Origin: Fonticula alba ATCC 38817
Lineage: Eukaryota; Protista; Nucleariida
Direction: 5' to 3' (one strand)
DNA: 64,000 bases
Assembly (NCBI GenBank): GCA_000388065.2
Contig: KB932205.1
Under the pieces are notes generated by a model. That model saw only the letters and a list, made by a program, of their open reading frames with translations. It was not told the origin of the DNA and made no database searches. The position numbers and the translations under genes were made by a program. Shown in pieces: positions 13,243 through 25,675 of the stretch. Each line of letters starts with the position of its first letter. Positions within the stretch are counted from its first letter, which is position 1.

Positions 13243-13763
13243 TCTCCCTCTCTCTGCCCCACACGCCGTCCTTCGCCCTGTTCGCAGATCGCACTTCTGG
13301 AGCGCTTGGACCATGCCCTTGGCAAGCTGATCGCTGGCCTCCAGAAGCTGGAGGCCGAGCGGCCCAACGAAAAGGTATGCAGTACCATCACCACACGACT
13401 GTCAGCGGTCCTTGATTCCCTGCCCGATCACTTACCCCATTCTCCGCCCCTCCCCCCCCCCTCTCCTCCCTCCCACCTCGGCAGTATTTTGTCGTTGTCA
13501 CCGGCGACCACTCGACCCCTGTGATGTATGGCGACCATACTGCTGAGCCGGTCCCAGTGGCTGTGACTCCTGTGGCCGGACTCCCGGCCTCCGGCTCGAG
13601 CCCGTGTCCCGACACCCTCTGGGATGGCGTGTGCCGATTTGACGAGGTCTCTGCCGGGCAGGGGGTCCTCGGGCGCTTCCCCGGGCGCGAGCTGCTGCCC
13701 TTCGTCCTGGCCCTGGCCAAGCACCAGTCCGGCGCCGATCAGCTGCCAATGCAATCCCCTTAA
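11279..13763 (+). CDS. Archaeal-type (apgM-like) 2,3-bisphosphoglycerate-independent phosphoglycerate mutase, alkaline phosphatase superfamily; multi-exon
   Basis: Motifs VLIDGVGD, LQAADKPNLDCLA, GLACGSDTAHLNLLGY, YRGRGAFESMGAG, RYATEHRCGVVL, SGTDP, AFMHVKGIDDSGHD, VVTGDHSTPVMYGDHTAEPVP and FDEVSAGQGVLGRFPG are present in order. Confidence 0.88.
12380..12453. repeat. 74-nt poly-C tract inside an intron of the phosphoglycerate mutase gene
   Basis: Seen directly. Confidence 0.9.
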
Positions 13764-14214
13764 TATACTGCCAACCTTTGTTCAATGCACGTGATTGCAC
13801 CATGCGAGCCTGCGTTGGTGGCACCCGGTCGCGGTGTGCGGGGGCTTGCGCCCGCCCCGCATGCGTTTATGTGTGTGTGTGTGTGTGCGTGAGCGTGTGT
13901 GTGTGCTTACGCACGGGCATCGGTGTGCTTTGTTGTGTGGGCCCTTCCGGAAGCTCCCTTCTTGGCTGTCCCGCCCCAGTCATTGGTCCCCCTGGGGGGG
14001 GGGGGGGGGNNNNNNNNNNNNNNNNNNNNNNNNNNNNNNNNNNNNNNNNNNNNNNNNNNNNNNNNNNNNNNNNNNNNNNNNNNNNNNNNNNNNNNNNNNN
14101 NNNNNNNNNNNNNNNNNNNNNNNNNNNNNNNNNNNNNNNNNNNNNNNNNNNNNNCTCCTCGCCCTCCACTTGCCGCGTCGCTCGCGGAATCCCCCCCTTC
14201 CTCGCACTCTCATC

Positions 14215-16348
14215 ATGGCCGCCGACCACCAGCTCTGGGAGGCCATCAAGCCCCTGGACAAGACGCCCAACATGCAGTACCTCAACACCCTGGCGGATAT
14301 CCTGCTGATGTACTCCGGTCAGACGGACGTGGAGAACTCCGTCTTCGGGCTGATCCTCCAGCACCAGGGCGCGGCCTTCCGCCTGCTGGAGAAGTACATC
14401 ATCCTGCCGAAGGGGACCATGTCCTCGGCGTCGGCCCATGAGAAGATGATCTCGGTCATGGTGAACCTGTGCGCCTTGCTGAACACCCATGCGGACCCGG
14501 ACTTCGCCGCGACGAATGGTGCCCCCTCGCCTCTGAGCAAGGAGGACATCGATACGGTGGCTGCCTGCTTTTTCAATTCCACCCTCCCGGAGAGCATTCT
14601 GTCGCTGATCCAGGTGCGCGGTGGCTTTCCCCCACGGTCTGGGATTTCTCCCCTTCTTCCCATCTCCTTCTCTCTCTCTCTCTCCCTCTATCTCTTTCCC
14701 CCCACGGTGATCATCCACCTGAGGTTGCTTTGGGCTGACATCCCTTTCTCCGTTCCTCTCTTTTTAACCCGGGAAAAAAAAAGAGCCCCAAGCCGTACAC
14801 CGACTACTCGCCCTTCAAGTGCTCCATGCTGCTGGCCAACATGTCGGCCCTGCCTCTGTCGGAGGATAAGCTGGCCGTCATGCACCGCCGTGTCATCCAG
14901 GGTGTCAAGGGCACCGACGCCACGGCCAAGCGCCACATGCAGCTGCTCCTGGGGCAGCTGACGCAGCTGGTCAAGTCCAAGTTCAAGGATCTTCTCACCT
15001 TTGCCAGCCACCTTGCCTGGACTCTGGTCAGCATGTTGCGCGTGCGTCCCCGCCGACCCCCCCCCCCCCCTCCTCTTTTGCATGGGCCTCTCGCCGGCCC
15101 TTTGTCCATGCCAGGGGGGCATACTCCTGATCCTAACCACTCATCCAAATTCGCTTCCTCATGCGGCTGTCCTCTTCGTGTGGCTACTTTGGGCATAGTC
15201 CCCCTACACTCTGTCGATCATCTGCCTGATGGATATGCGCCCCTACATCCTGGAGCTGCTGGAGGCTGTGTATGAGGCGCGCGACTCGAAGCTCAATGTT
15301 GCCAACCTCTCGGATGAGGACCGGCCCTACGCGGAGGTCCAGTTCGCGGCGGCCCTGTCTGGCGCGCGCCAGTCCATCATCGCGGCGATCAAGTGCGTCC
15401 TTCTGCCTCCACCAGCCATGCTCACTGCTGTCAAATGGCGTAACCCTCTGTCCGTTATCCCTGGCTATTGACACACACACACACACACACTCCCCCCCCT
15501 CTCTCTCTTTCTTTCTTTTTCTTTCTCCCTCTCTCTCTCCCTCCCACCCCATCCTCCAGGAATCTCCTCTTCGCGATGACCAGCCACACGTTCCTGCTGG
15601 GCCCCGCCCCAGCGGACCCGCGAAAGGTTACCCCCTCCAAGGACTTCGTGGCGGCCCTGTTGCGCTTCGTGGCTCTGCCCTCGGATCTGCGCCGGACCTT
15701 CGTCGTCGTGGAGCAGCAGTCCGAGGAGCATGTGGCCTTCAAGGAGTCGGACACCCCGGCCGAGGGGACTGGCTCGCAGACCGAATGGGACGAGGCGCCG
15801 GAGTGGATGCGTGCCCTGCCGGAGCCTACCACCGCACCGGTCGCCGAGTCGCCGGCTTTCGCCATGTTTGGCCGCGAGTCGGACCCCTCAGTGCGCCTGC
15901 TGATCCTGGAGTGCCTGCTTCTGCTGGCCGGCACTCGCGCCGGGCGTGTGCGCATGCGTGATGGCTCGGTGGTGCGTTCCTGCATTTGGTCCCTCATCGT
16001 CCTGGCCTTTTTTACTGGCTGTGCCTTCCTGCTACTCACACTTCTTTGTCCGCACACGCACACGCACACGCACCCGCACGCACACGCGCACACGTACATA
16101 CGCACACACACACACAGTACCCTGTCATCCGTGAGATGCACATGGCCTCGGCGGCCGACTCGACCGAGCGTGAGACCATCGAGGGCCTGGTGCAGTTCCT
16201 GATCCGCGAGGGCGGTGGCGACCAGGAAGTCGAGCCCACCCCGGAGGAGGCACTGGAGGAGGCCGAGAAGCTGGTCAAGGAGCTGAACATCACCACCCCG
16301 GCCGAGGACACCACCGGTGGGGCTGCCGACATCGTTGAGCTGGACTGA
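14215..16348 (+). CDS. HGH1: HGH1-like protein (FAM203/BRP16; eEF2 chaperone), multi-exon
   Basis: The C-terminal ESDPSVRLLILECLLLLAGTRAGRVRMRDGSVYPVIREMH...IEGLVQFLIR matches the HGH1 C-terminal (DUF384-type) pattern. The N-terminal part is helical/ARM-like. Confidence 0.65.
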
Positions 16349-16658
16349 TTCCGGGCGTGCGCGCGCGCGCGTGCGCCATATGCCGCCTGCTCTGCCTGGC
16401 CGCGCTCCATTCATCTTGAGACTGCCCTTCCCTCTCCGGGCAGGGGGGAAGGGCGATAGCCAGAGGCCCTTTTTTCTCGACCCTCCCAGACAACAAGCAG
16501 TTTGCTTTGTATGTTGCTTGTTCCTTTTCCCAATGGGAGTCCTGCCGCGACTCTTCCCTCCCCTCTGGTGCCTTACATCCTGCGCTGTGTGTGCGTGTGT
16601 GTGGGGAGGGGGGGGGGCGGAGGAGAGGCAGGCAGGGGTGTATACACATGCATTAGAC

Positions 16659-16691
<33 letters not shown>

Positions 16692-16759
16692 ACACACACA
16701 CACACACACATATATGGAGCAAAGGCAGGAGCGCGAGCGGGGCCCGAGGCGGCGGGCGG

Positions 16760-17430
16760 TGTGTGGATTTCTAGGCAGCCCTATCACGAGAGGCACCCCA
16801 TGCCATAATATGGTCACGACCAACGACCATTGTGGGGAATCCCAATGTAAACGACCGAAGGGCAACACACGAGAGTCTCGATGCACGTGTCATAATGGGT
16901 GGATGATGCCCTCGGAGAATAGAATTCTTGGTGGAGGGGCGCAATGTAGGAAAGCAACCCGGTGGCCTGCGGGATGGAATGGACGCAGGCGCTCGACCGA
17001 GGAGAGGGACGCACACAGATGGGCGGGCCCAGCCGCAGGGTTCTCAGATCCAGCCCTTGACCGCGCCTGAAGGTCAAGAGGGGGCTCCAGATCGGGGTCT
17101 CTTGAGAGCGGAGACATAAGCGGCTGCGTGTGGAGGAGCATACGAAAGTGTAGCCGAAGCACCAGTGGGGCCTCCGGGGGGACCCATTCTAAGGCGTCCT
17201 CTTGAGCCCCCTTTTAACGCCCGAGTTTCTTTCCATCTTGCTTGGCACACCTCGCCCTGAAGCCGAGTTACTGGCTGATCTGGAAATGGACGGCCGCGAG
17301 CCCGCAGGTCGGTATGTTCCCTCTCTGTATGCCAAGAGGTCGCCAGCTGGGTGGCGGATCGCGGCGGTGCCCTTCGTCAAGCCTCACTCACTTGACTTAG
17401 GCTTAACCCGTGAGAACCCTGCCGAACTTG
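16760..17430. ncRNA. Candidate structured ncRNA of unknown identity
   Basis: The stretch is intergenic and free of microsatellites. A perfect 12-bp inverted repeat pairs 17035-17046 with 17411-17422, and several internal perfect stems are present (16810-15/16825-30, 16965-71/16984-90, 17056-62/17072-78, 17080-87/17204-11, 17376-81/17391-96). Confidence 0.45.
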
Positions 17431-18259
17431 CGTGCCCGCCCCCCTCCCCCACGCTCCGCGGATGGGGCCTATGGGTGTCTGCAGGGGCGGGGGGCGGCGG
17501 GGCGGGGAGTTTCGAGCTTCGCTGCCTGAGATGTAGGCTCATATTTCCGCGTCCTCCGTTCCGAGGGGGGGGCGCGCAGCATGTATGTGCCACAGGGGCC
17601 CGCCGGGGGCGGCGAGGGGGTGTGCGCGTGTAAGGCAGCCGTGCGCGCCTTTTGGGGGGCGGGTGGACTGCTGGGCGCGGTGTGGCGGGGAGTCTGTCTC
17701 CTCCCGGTGGCAGGTGTCAGCCAGGGGGCTCGGGGGGGNNNNNNNNNNNNNNNNNNNNNNNNNNNNNNNNNNNNNNNNNNNNNNNNNNNNNNNNNNNNNN
17801 NNNNNNNNNNNNNNNNNNNNNNNNNNNNNNNNNNNNNNNNNNNNNNNNNNNNNNNNNNNNNNNNNNNNNNNNNNNNNNNNNNNNNNNNNNNNNNNNNNNN
17901 NNNNNNNNNNNNNNNNNNNNNNNNNNNNNNNNNNNNNNNNNNNGGGGGGGGGCGGTCGAGGGCGGAATAAAAGGGGGGAAGAAAGATGGCTAAGCGTGTC
18001 GTGGAAGGAGGCTCGTTTCGGAGGTTCCTCTGCGGCGGGTGGGGCGATCGGCTGGGCATTCCCACGGACTGCGGGGGCCATGTCCCCTTCTCGGGGTGCA
18101 ATGAGGCGCCTGCGCTTGCGCTGGGGCTTCCGGGCTTTTTCGCGCTCTCCCCCCCGACTGCGGCTCTCTCTCTCCCTCGAGCTCTTTCCGCCTTTCACCC
18201 GGCCTCTTCTGTTGTTCCTGCCCTCACACACTTTCCCAGGCGCCTAGCACGCCCTGTTT

Positions 18260-18283
18260 CGCGCGCGCGCGCGCGCGCGCGCG
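18260..18283. repeat. (CG)12 alternating tract with Z-DNA potential
   Basis: Seen directly. Confidence 0.85.
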
Positions 18284-21110
18284 ACAGTCCAACGCTGTTG
18301 TTGGGCCGCGACTGCCAATGGTCCCGTGGGGGTGGCGTCGGCCCGCGGGGCCCACCGGCCCAGCAGGGAAGGGCAGGACCGGCGGGAGCGTGGGGGGGGG
18401 GAGAATCCGTGGGCGCCAGCACGCTTACGCGCGCAGGTGCAAGGCTGGCGGCCCCTTGGAGCCAATCCTCAAAGGCCGGGCGGAGCGCGACCACTCGACC
18501 GGGGCGTCTTGAGGATCGGCCAGCCGGGTAGGATGCGGCATTGAGGATGAGCCGCCGGTGGGCTCTCGGGCGCGCCAAACACGCACGACCAGGACCGTAT
18601 CACCTTCGGGACGCCAGTCGGGCCCGTTCTTTTAGGATCTCCGTCGGGACATGTGCGTCAAGCAAACAACAGGGAGAGGGGGGGGGGGCGGGCGAGAGAA
18701 AGAAGACGACGCGGAGGGCCACATTGAGCGGGGCCGGGGATCGAGGGGGGGGAGGCGGGAGGACCAACGAAAGAGGCCCCATCGCGGTGTGCGGGGAGCG
18801 GAAAGCGCGCTGGGGTCTTGCCAGCTCCGTATACGGCCCCGGTGCGGCTGTCTTCCCGGGGGTGGGTGCCGCGGGAGCGTTGGTGCCGGGACCTGGGCAG
18901 TGCATCCATTGTATGGCGGCCGGCGGGGGGGGGGGGGGGGGGATGCTTTCTCAGAACGCAGAGCCTCCTCGTGGGGGTGGGCCGGGCACGAGGCGGGGCG
19001 TTCTCCTTCTCCCGCGCGAGCGTGTACACACGCTCGCGCGCAGGGGCACACGTCGTGGGATGTGCCCGGGGCCAGGCGGGAAAGCGTGCGTGTGTGTGTG
19101 TGTGTACATTTGTCCGGGCGCGTCGGCCCGCCTGCTCGCCCCGCGCGGACATCACTCGAGGAGCGGAGGGCCAGGGGGAGGGGGGGGGGGGCGCGGGGTG
19201 CATTCAATCCTAAACGAACGGATGCGCACGTCTCCCGTGGCAAAGCGTCAGCGTGCCGCACCGGCGGCGGCGGCCCCGGGGATCCTCAATTGCCCAACTT
19301 GTGCACCGGGGAGTCTGCGCGGCATGTGTGCGCGTGTCTTCCCTGCAGGGGGGATGACGCGGGCAGCCTGGTCAACCGAAGATACCGGCCCCGAGGGGCG
19401 TCGCCCGGCTGGGTCCCGGGCCCGCCGCAAGCATGTCAGTCCCGGCTGCGGCGGGGGTGCCTCGCTGCCCCCCTCCCGGCGGCCGCCGGCCCGCCGCGTT
19501 TTCCCCGCGCACGCGTGCTGAGGTACACAGGTGGCCGCCACCCACGTCGGCCCGGGCGCGCTGGCCGGACGCCGGTGGGGACGCCTCCGAGGGTGTCATA
19601 TTGTGCCTGGAGGCCCCTCTGCCTATTGTTTCCGGAAAAGTCGGCCCCGGCCCCGGCCGACAGACCCCCAGCCCGGGGGCGGTGCAGGTGGTGTGGCGCG
19701 TGCACCATGCGCGGGGCGTGGGCCGGGGGCCGGGGGGAGGTGGGGGAAGGGGGGGAGGGGGGNNNNNNNNNNNNNNNNNNNNNNNNNNNNNNNNNNNNNN
19801 NNNNNNNNNNNNNNNNNNNNNNNNNNNNNNNNNNNNNNNNNNNNNNNNNNNNNNNNNNNNNNNNNNNNNNNNNNNNNNNNNNNNNNNNNNNNNNNNNNNN
19901 NNNNNNNNNNNNGCGCCGGTTCCGCGCGCTCTCTTGACGAGGGCAGGCGGACCACGATCTTGGTCCAGCTGGCCCGCCGAGGTGAGGCGCGGGTGTGGAG
20001 CTGACAGGGTGGGTTTGGCCAGCGGCCGGGGGCCACCTGCCTGCCATGCGAGAGGCCACGGCGCCGGGGTGCACATCCGCCCGGGGGATGCGGCTTGCCT
20101 CTTCCTCCTGGCCGGCCAGGAGGGAGGGGGGAGCGGGCGCAGCCGGGCGGGGGGCGACCCGCCTTACGTGGGGGCCCCCCGCGCGGCGGGCGCCGGACTC
20201 TGGCACCAACGTGGCCGGCAGGGGGGGGGGGGGGAACACCGGGGCCGATTGCTCCCCGGGGGGCGGGGGGCGACGGCGGCTGTGGAGACGATCTCCGCCC
20301 CGGGCGGGGGGCAGGACCTCCCACAGGCCCCAAGCCGCGTGGATTGCGGCGCGTTGCTGGTGCAGTCGTGCGCACGACCGTGCCCTCCGCCCGTGTGCCG
20401 GCGCGCGGCCAGGGGAGCAAGCGCGACCCTGCGAACCGACGTCTAGAGATTGCCCGGTCGAGGTCGAGGCGGGTCCATACACGGCGGGCTTGCTGCGAGA
20501 GACGTCCTGGCGAGAGTGCACGGGTGGGCTGGGCGGAGGGGGCCACGCCCGCGCCCTGGCCGATGGGGGGACCCCGGCCTGGCCGAGGACATTGTCCTGA
20601 TGGCGACAGGAGGTCCCGGCATGCGGTGACGGCAGTAGTGTATGTGTGTGTGTGTGTGTGTGTGTGCAGTCGCACCGGGTGCGGCGCTTTCGGGCCACGC
20701 GCGACCCACAAGCGCGCCCGCGCGCGCGCCTCCATGGCCCCTCGCCTCCTCCTCGCCCTGCTCCTTGTTTCCGCCCACCCCGCCGTCGCAGGGGAGGGGG
20801 TTAAATGCCCCCGGCCCCGGCGTGGCCGCCCGCACGACAGGCCGCATTCATAGACAGAGCCACCCCCTCCCTCTCCATCCCCCCCCTCCCCCCCCCCCTC
20901 TCCGCTGCGTACGGCCTCCTCCTCGCCGACCGACGCACGCGCGTGTTCTCCCGCCCCCCTTCCCCGACACGCATCGGGCGGCTCCTCGACCGGACCCCCC
21001 CCCCAAAAAAAAAGAAGAAGAAAGAGCACACAAGAGAACGAGATCCCCCCTCCTCCCCTTGCTCCTCTCCCCCCGCCCTTCCCCACTTCCCCCTCTTGCC
21101 GCAATAGACA

Positions 21111-23967
21111 ATGGCCCACGGGAGCACCTCCCACCCTGGGGTCCCCTCGCACCTGCACCATGCAGGCCACTTCGCTGGCGTGGACCCAAGCCATGAGCAG
21201 CTGTACGACGTGGACTTCGATGACGACCAGGAGTTCCACATCCATGGCGCCGGGTATGACTTCTCGCAGGACCGCTACGGCGCCGATGACGAAGACGACG
21301 ATGACCCGAACCTGCCGCCGGTACTTGAGTCCCCCGGGCGGCTGTTCAACTCGGCGGCCGTGCTGGAGGAGACCAGCGCCGCGGCCCCCGGGGCCGCTCC
21401 CCGGTCAGGCTTCCTGGCCCGGCTGGGGCTCTCCTCCGCCAGCTCGGCCCATGGCATCGAGGATGAATCCAGCATCGCCCTGCAGCCGATCAAGCCCCGC
21501 GAAGCTGGCGGGAGGAGCACCGCCGGTGCCCTGGGCGGCAGCGGTGACGACGATGACGACGGCACCGGGATCCCTGGCCAGGGAGACATGCTGACCGACA
21601 TCTCCGAGGACACGGTGTCCATCTGGAGGTGGAAGGATGTCTCCGAGGAAGCCATGATCCAAATACGCCTGGCCCTGCCCCTGGTGCTGTCCTTCATTCT
21701 GCAGATCAGCTTCTCCATGGTGCGTCCCCCCTTCATTCCCCCTCCTCCCCCCCTCCCTCCGGCTCTCCCCATATGTCCCGACTGACCAGAGACCATGTGG
21801 CATGCTCCCCTCCTCCCCCTCCTCCTCCTCCTCCTCCTCCTCCCTCCGGCTCTCGCCCCCGCTCCCGCTCCAGATGATGTTCATTGCCGTTGGCCAGACC
21901 AACACAGCCAAGGAGCTGGCCGGCGCCACCCTCGGCTACATGTACTGCAATGTGACCGGCGTGTCAATGGGCATGGGCATGGCCACGGCCATGGACACCC
22001 TCTGCTCGCAGGCCTATGGCCGGAATCCGAAGTCCCCGCTGGTGGGTGTCTTCCTTCAGCGTGCCGTGGTCATCATGCTGCTGGCCTGCATCCCCATGGC
22101 GATTCTTTGGTTCCTGGCCGAGCCGATCCTGATTGCTCTGTGGCAAGACCCGGAGATTGCCCACCTGGCTGGGCAGTTCTCTCGGCGCCTGCTCCCGGGC
22201 CTGCCCTTCTTCCTGGTGTTCGACTGCCTGCGTAAGTACCTCCAATGCCAGGGCAAGACCGTGCCGGCTTTCATTGCGCTGATCATCGGCACGGTCATCT
22301 GCGTGGCCGGCAACTTCGGTGGTATCACCGGGCTCGGGTGGGGCTTCCACGCGGCGCCCTGGGTTCTGGCTGCCACTTGGATGTCGCTGCCGGTGTCTCT
22401 GCTGATCATCATCTGGTTCGGTGGCCTGCACCGGGACACTTGGGGCGGCTGGTCGATTGAGGCCATGCGCGGCTGGGGCGAGTACTTCAAGCTGGCCCTG
22501 CCTGGCATGGCCATGTTCTGGTACGTCACCATGTGTGCCTTCGACCATCTACGGGGAGCTCGCTTGCCGCCCCTCCTCCCCCTCAATGAGCCATGCCGCG
22601 CGATGGGCGTGTGCCTCGGCATGCCACCACTGCCCCCTCCCGCCCGACCGCTGACCCCCTCCCCTCTGTTCTGTCCCCCCTCCCCTCTTCCCCAAACCCC
22701 GGCCGGCCGGCCGGCGCGCGCACAGCAACGAGGTGTGGGCCTTTGAGATCATGGCCCTGGCGGCCGGCGTCATCGGGCATGTCGAGCTGGCCACACAGTC
22801 GATCCTGCTGAACACCACCTCGGCCACCTTCATGATTCCCTTTGCGATCGGCATCTCGGCCAACACGCGCGTGGGCAATATGCTCGGCGCTGGACGTCCG
22901 ATGCACGCACGTCACAGTGTCTACGTGTCGCTGATGATCGCCCTGACCATGGCCGTTGTCCTGGCCTCGCTCTTCTTCATTGTCCGGCCTTGGTGGGGTC
23001 GGCTGTTCATCGATGACCCGCAGGTCATTGAGCTTGTGCGCCAGGTGTTCGTCATTTGCGGTGCCTTCCAGCTGATGGATGGCATTCAGGCAGTGCGTGG
23101 CCACACATTTCGGCACATACCATGTCCTTGCGCGAGAGGAGGAGGAGGGGGGGGGGGGGTGCTTTCTCACACCTTGCACTTGTTCCCACATACTGACCAT
23201 GTCCCCTGACACTTGTCGATGGCCGGTGCCCTCGTCCCCTTTTGTGTGCATGTGCATGCGTGGCGCCCTCGCAGGTCCTCGCGGGTATTCTGCGCGGTAT
23301 TGGCAAGCAGACCCAGGGTGCCATCCTGAACTTTGTTGGCTACACTCTGCTTGGTTTGCCGCTGGGCTACGTCTTCTGCTTCGTCCTGGAGTGCGTGCCC
23401 CCNNNNNNNNNNNNNNNNNNNNNNNNNNNNNNNNNNNNNNNNNNNNNNNNNNNNNNNNNNNNNNNNNNNNNNNNNNNNNNNNNNNNNNNNNNNNNNNNNN
23501 NNNNNNNNNNNNNNNNNNNNNNNNNNNNNNNNNNNNNNNNNNNNNNNNNNNNNNNNNNNNNNNNNNNNNNNNNNNNNNNNNNNNNNNNNNNNNNNNNNNN
23601 NNNNNNNNNNNNNNNNNNNNNNNNNNNNNNNNNNNNNNNNNNNNNNNNNNNNNNNNNNNNNNNNNNNNNNNNNNNNNNNNNNNNNNNNNNNNNNNNNNNN
23701 NNNNNNNNNNNNNNNNNNNNNNNNNNNNNNNNNNNNNNNNNNNNNNNNNNNNNNNNNNNNNNNNNNNNNNNNNNNNNNNNNNNNNNNNNNNNNNNNNNNN
23801 NNNNNNNNNNNNNNNNNNNNNNCCCCCCCCCCCCCTCCCTTTCCCACAGCGAGGAGAGCAACTTCGGCATCGACCACACCAGCCGCCGGAGCTCCTTCGG
23901 TAGCAACGACGACCAGGATGATGAGCAGGATGACGACGAGCTCCGTCAGATGCGCAACTTCAACTGA
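21111..23967 (+). CDS. MATE-family (SLC47-like) transporter with an acidic N-terminal extension; the 3' part spans an N gap
   Basis: Motifs LALPLVLSFILQ, ELAGATLG, GMATAMDTLCSQAYG, FDCLRKYLQCQG, WGEYFKLALP, EVWAFEIM, PFAIGISANTRVGNMLGAG, QLMDGIQ and GILRGIGKQ match eukaryotic MATE transporters. Confidence 0.9.
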
Positions 23968-24381
23968 GAAGTTCCTCGAGAGAGGACACCACATGGTCAT
24001 AATTCTCACTATCGGGGAAGGGTAGCAGAAAAAGGGATGCTTGCGGGGGGTCGCGCGCACGCGTCGCCTGTGGCGAAACTGCGCCGGCTCTCCTTTCCCT
24101 GATCCTCATGCGTACCAATATCCCCCTCTCCCTGCCTTTTTCTCCTTCCTCTTTTTCCTCTCTCCTCCGGAGAAGGGTCAGCGAGTGCCACGCCCCGAGC
24201 GCGTGGCTCTCTGAGTAAATCAAGGATGCAGGACTTCCCCTCAGCCCCAGCGCAGCCCGGGCCGCGCGTCCCAATGTGTGTATGTGTGTGTATGTGTGTG
24301 TATGTACGTATGCAGGTATGTGTCTGTGCTCGCGCCCCAGGAAAGTGCGTCCCCCCCCCTCCCTGGCGCTGCACATGCACA

Positions 24382-24412
<31 letters not shown>

Positions 24413-25675
24413 CAACGGGCTGGGGGATGTGCCCTGCGCGCCTCCTTTTTTGTCTCCCCTCCTCCTCCCCTCCGGGTCCCCTTTGATGGTGGTGGTCACA
24501 ACTGCACTGGTGGTTGTGTTTGCCCCCATGCATGGGGAACCCCCGACATACAATACAAATAACTAGATAATGGTGGCGGCGTTGGCCCCTGGGTCGCGGA
24601 TCAATATCGCCCGCGGCGCAGCCTACAAGCGGGGTTCCCAAAAAAAAAAAAAAGGGGGCGCCGGAAATGATGAAGAAGCGCCGCGGAGGTGAGGGGGGGG
24701 GGGGGGGACTACCAAAAGCCCCGTTGGCCGATCGAGGGAGCCTGGAAAACCTATTGATCGGAGCGCGATCGGGCTTGGTAACCCTTCACGATCGATCTCC
24801 GGCAAAGGCCCGGCGCCCCCTGCCTCCCGGCCGCCCTCTCCACGTCCCCTTTTGAGGGGGATCGACATCCAAGGATACACAGGCACAGGCACACGCACAC
24901 GCACACGCACACACATGCATACGCACATGCACACACGCCCTCCTGTTGGAGAGGAGAGCCGTTCGCGGGCGGACCACCAAGGGCCGTCTTCCCACGCGAG
25001 TCCCCGGTGAGGGGGGCCCCACGTTGTATTTGCCAACCAGTGGCCCGCCCAAAGGAGGGGAGGAGGCGAGGACAGTGCGCGTGAAAACCCACGGAAGAGG
25101 AGCCGGCCAGAGCGTGCGGAGCCGGATCTCCTATGTCCCGTGTTGGCGTGATGGCGTGGAACGCCATTGCGATCTGGGTGCTACTTTCTGCTTGGGAGTT
25201 TCTCATAAAACGGGGGTGCGAAAGTGTGCTGGATATTCTGCAATAATATATGTTCCATGTGTGCGCCCTCTCGCGCCACAACCTCCCCCCACGGAGGCTG
25301 AACCTAGAGAACGGCTCGCCATACCAGGCCGAGACCCTTGCGAGTTTTTGTGCCCTGCCCCGCAGGTGGCCCATACATAGGGCAAGGGGGGGGCGGAATT
25401 GCCCGCGTGTGCGCGGACGACTACACCAGGGTCGGGGGCCCCAGAGCGGAACCCAGCCACCATCAACTTCGTACTCGTGCATCATATCGCTCCCGCCCGC
25501 ATGTGTGTGTGTGTGTGTATGTGTTGGTTGCTCGAATCGATGTCGTTTGTCGTTGGCTCCGTGCCCAGGCAGGGAAGGCAGGCCCTGGTGCCTCTGTCCT
25601 GGTTCCATGTGCGCGCTTGTTGGGTGTTCCCCGGCTCCCTCTTGATGGTGCCCTCCCCCTGGGGGGCGGGGGTGC

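Noticed and set aside
17035-17422. hAT/MITE interpretation of the CAGGGTTCTCA inverted repeat
   Set aside because: The flanking 8-mers (CCCAGCCG vs CCGAACTT) show no target-site duplication and there is no second copy in the window. This is not fully excluded without a genome-wide search.
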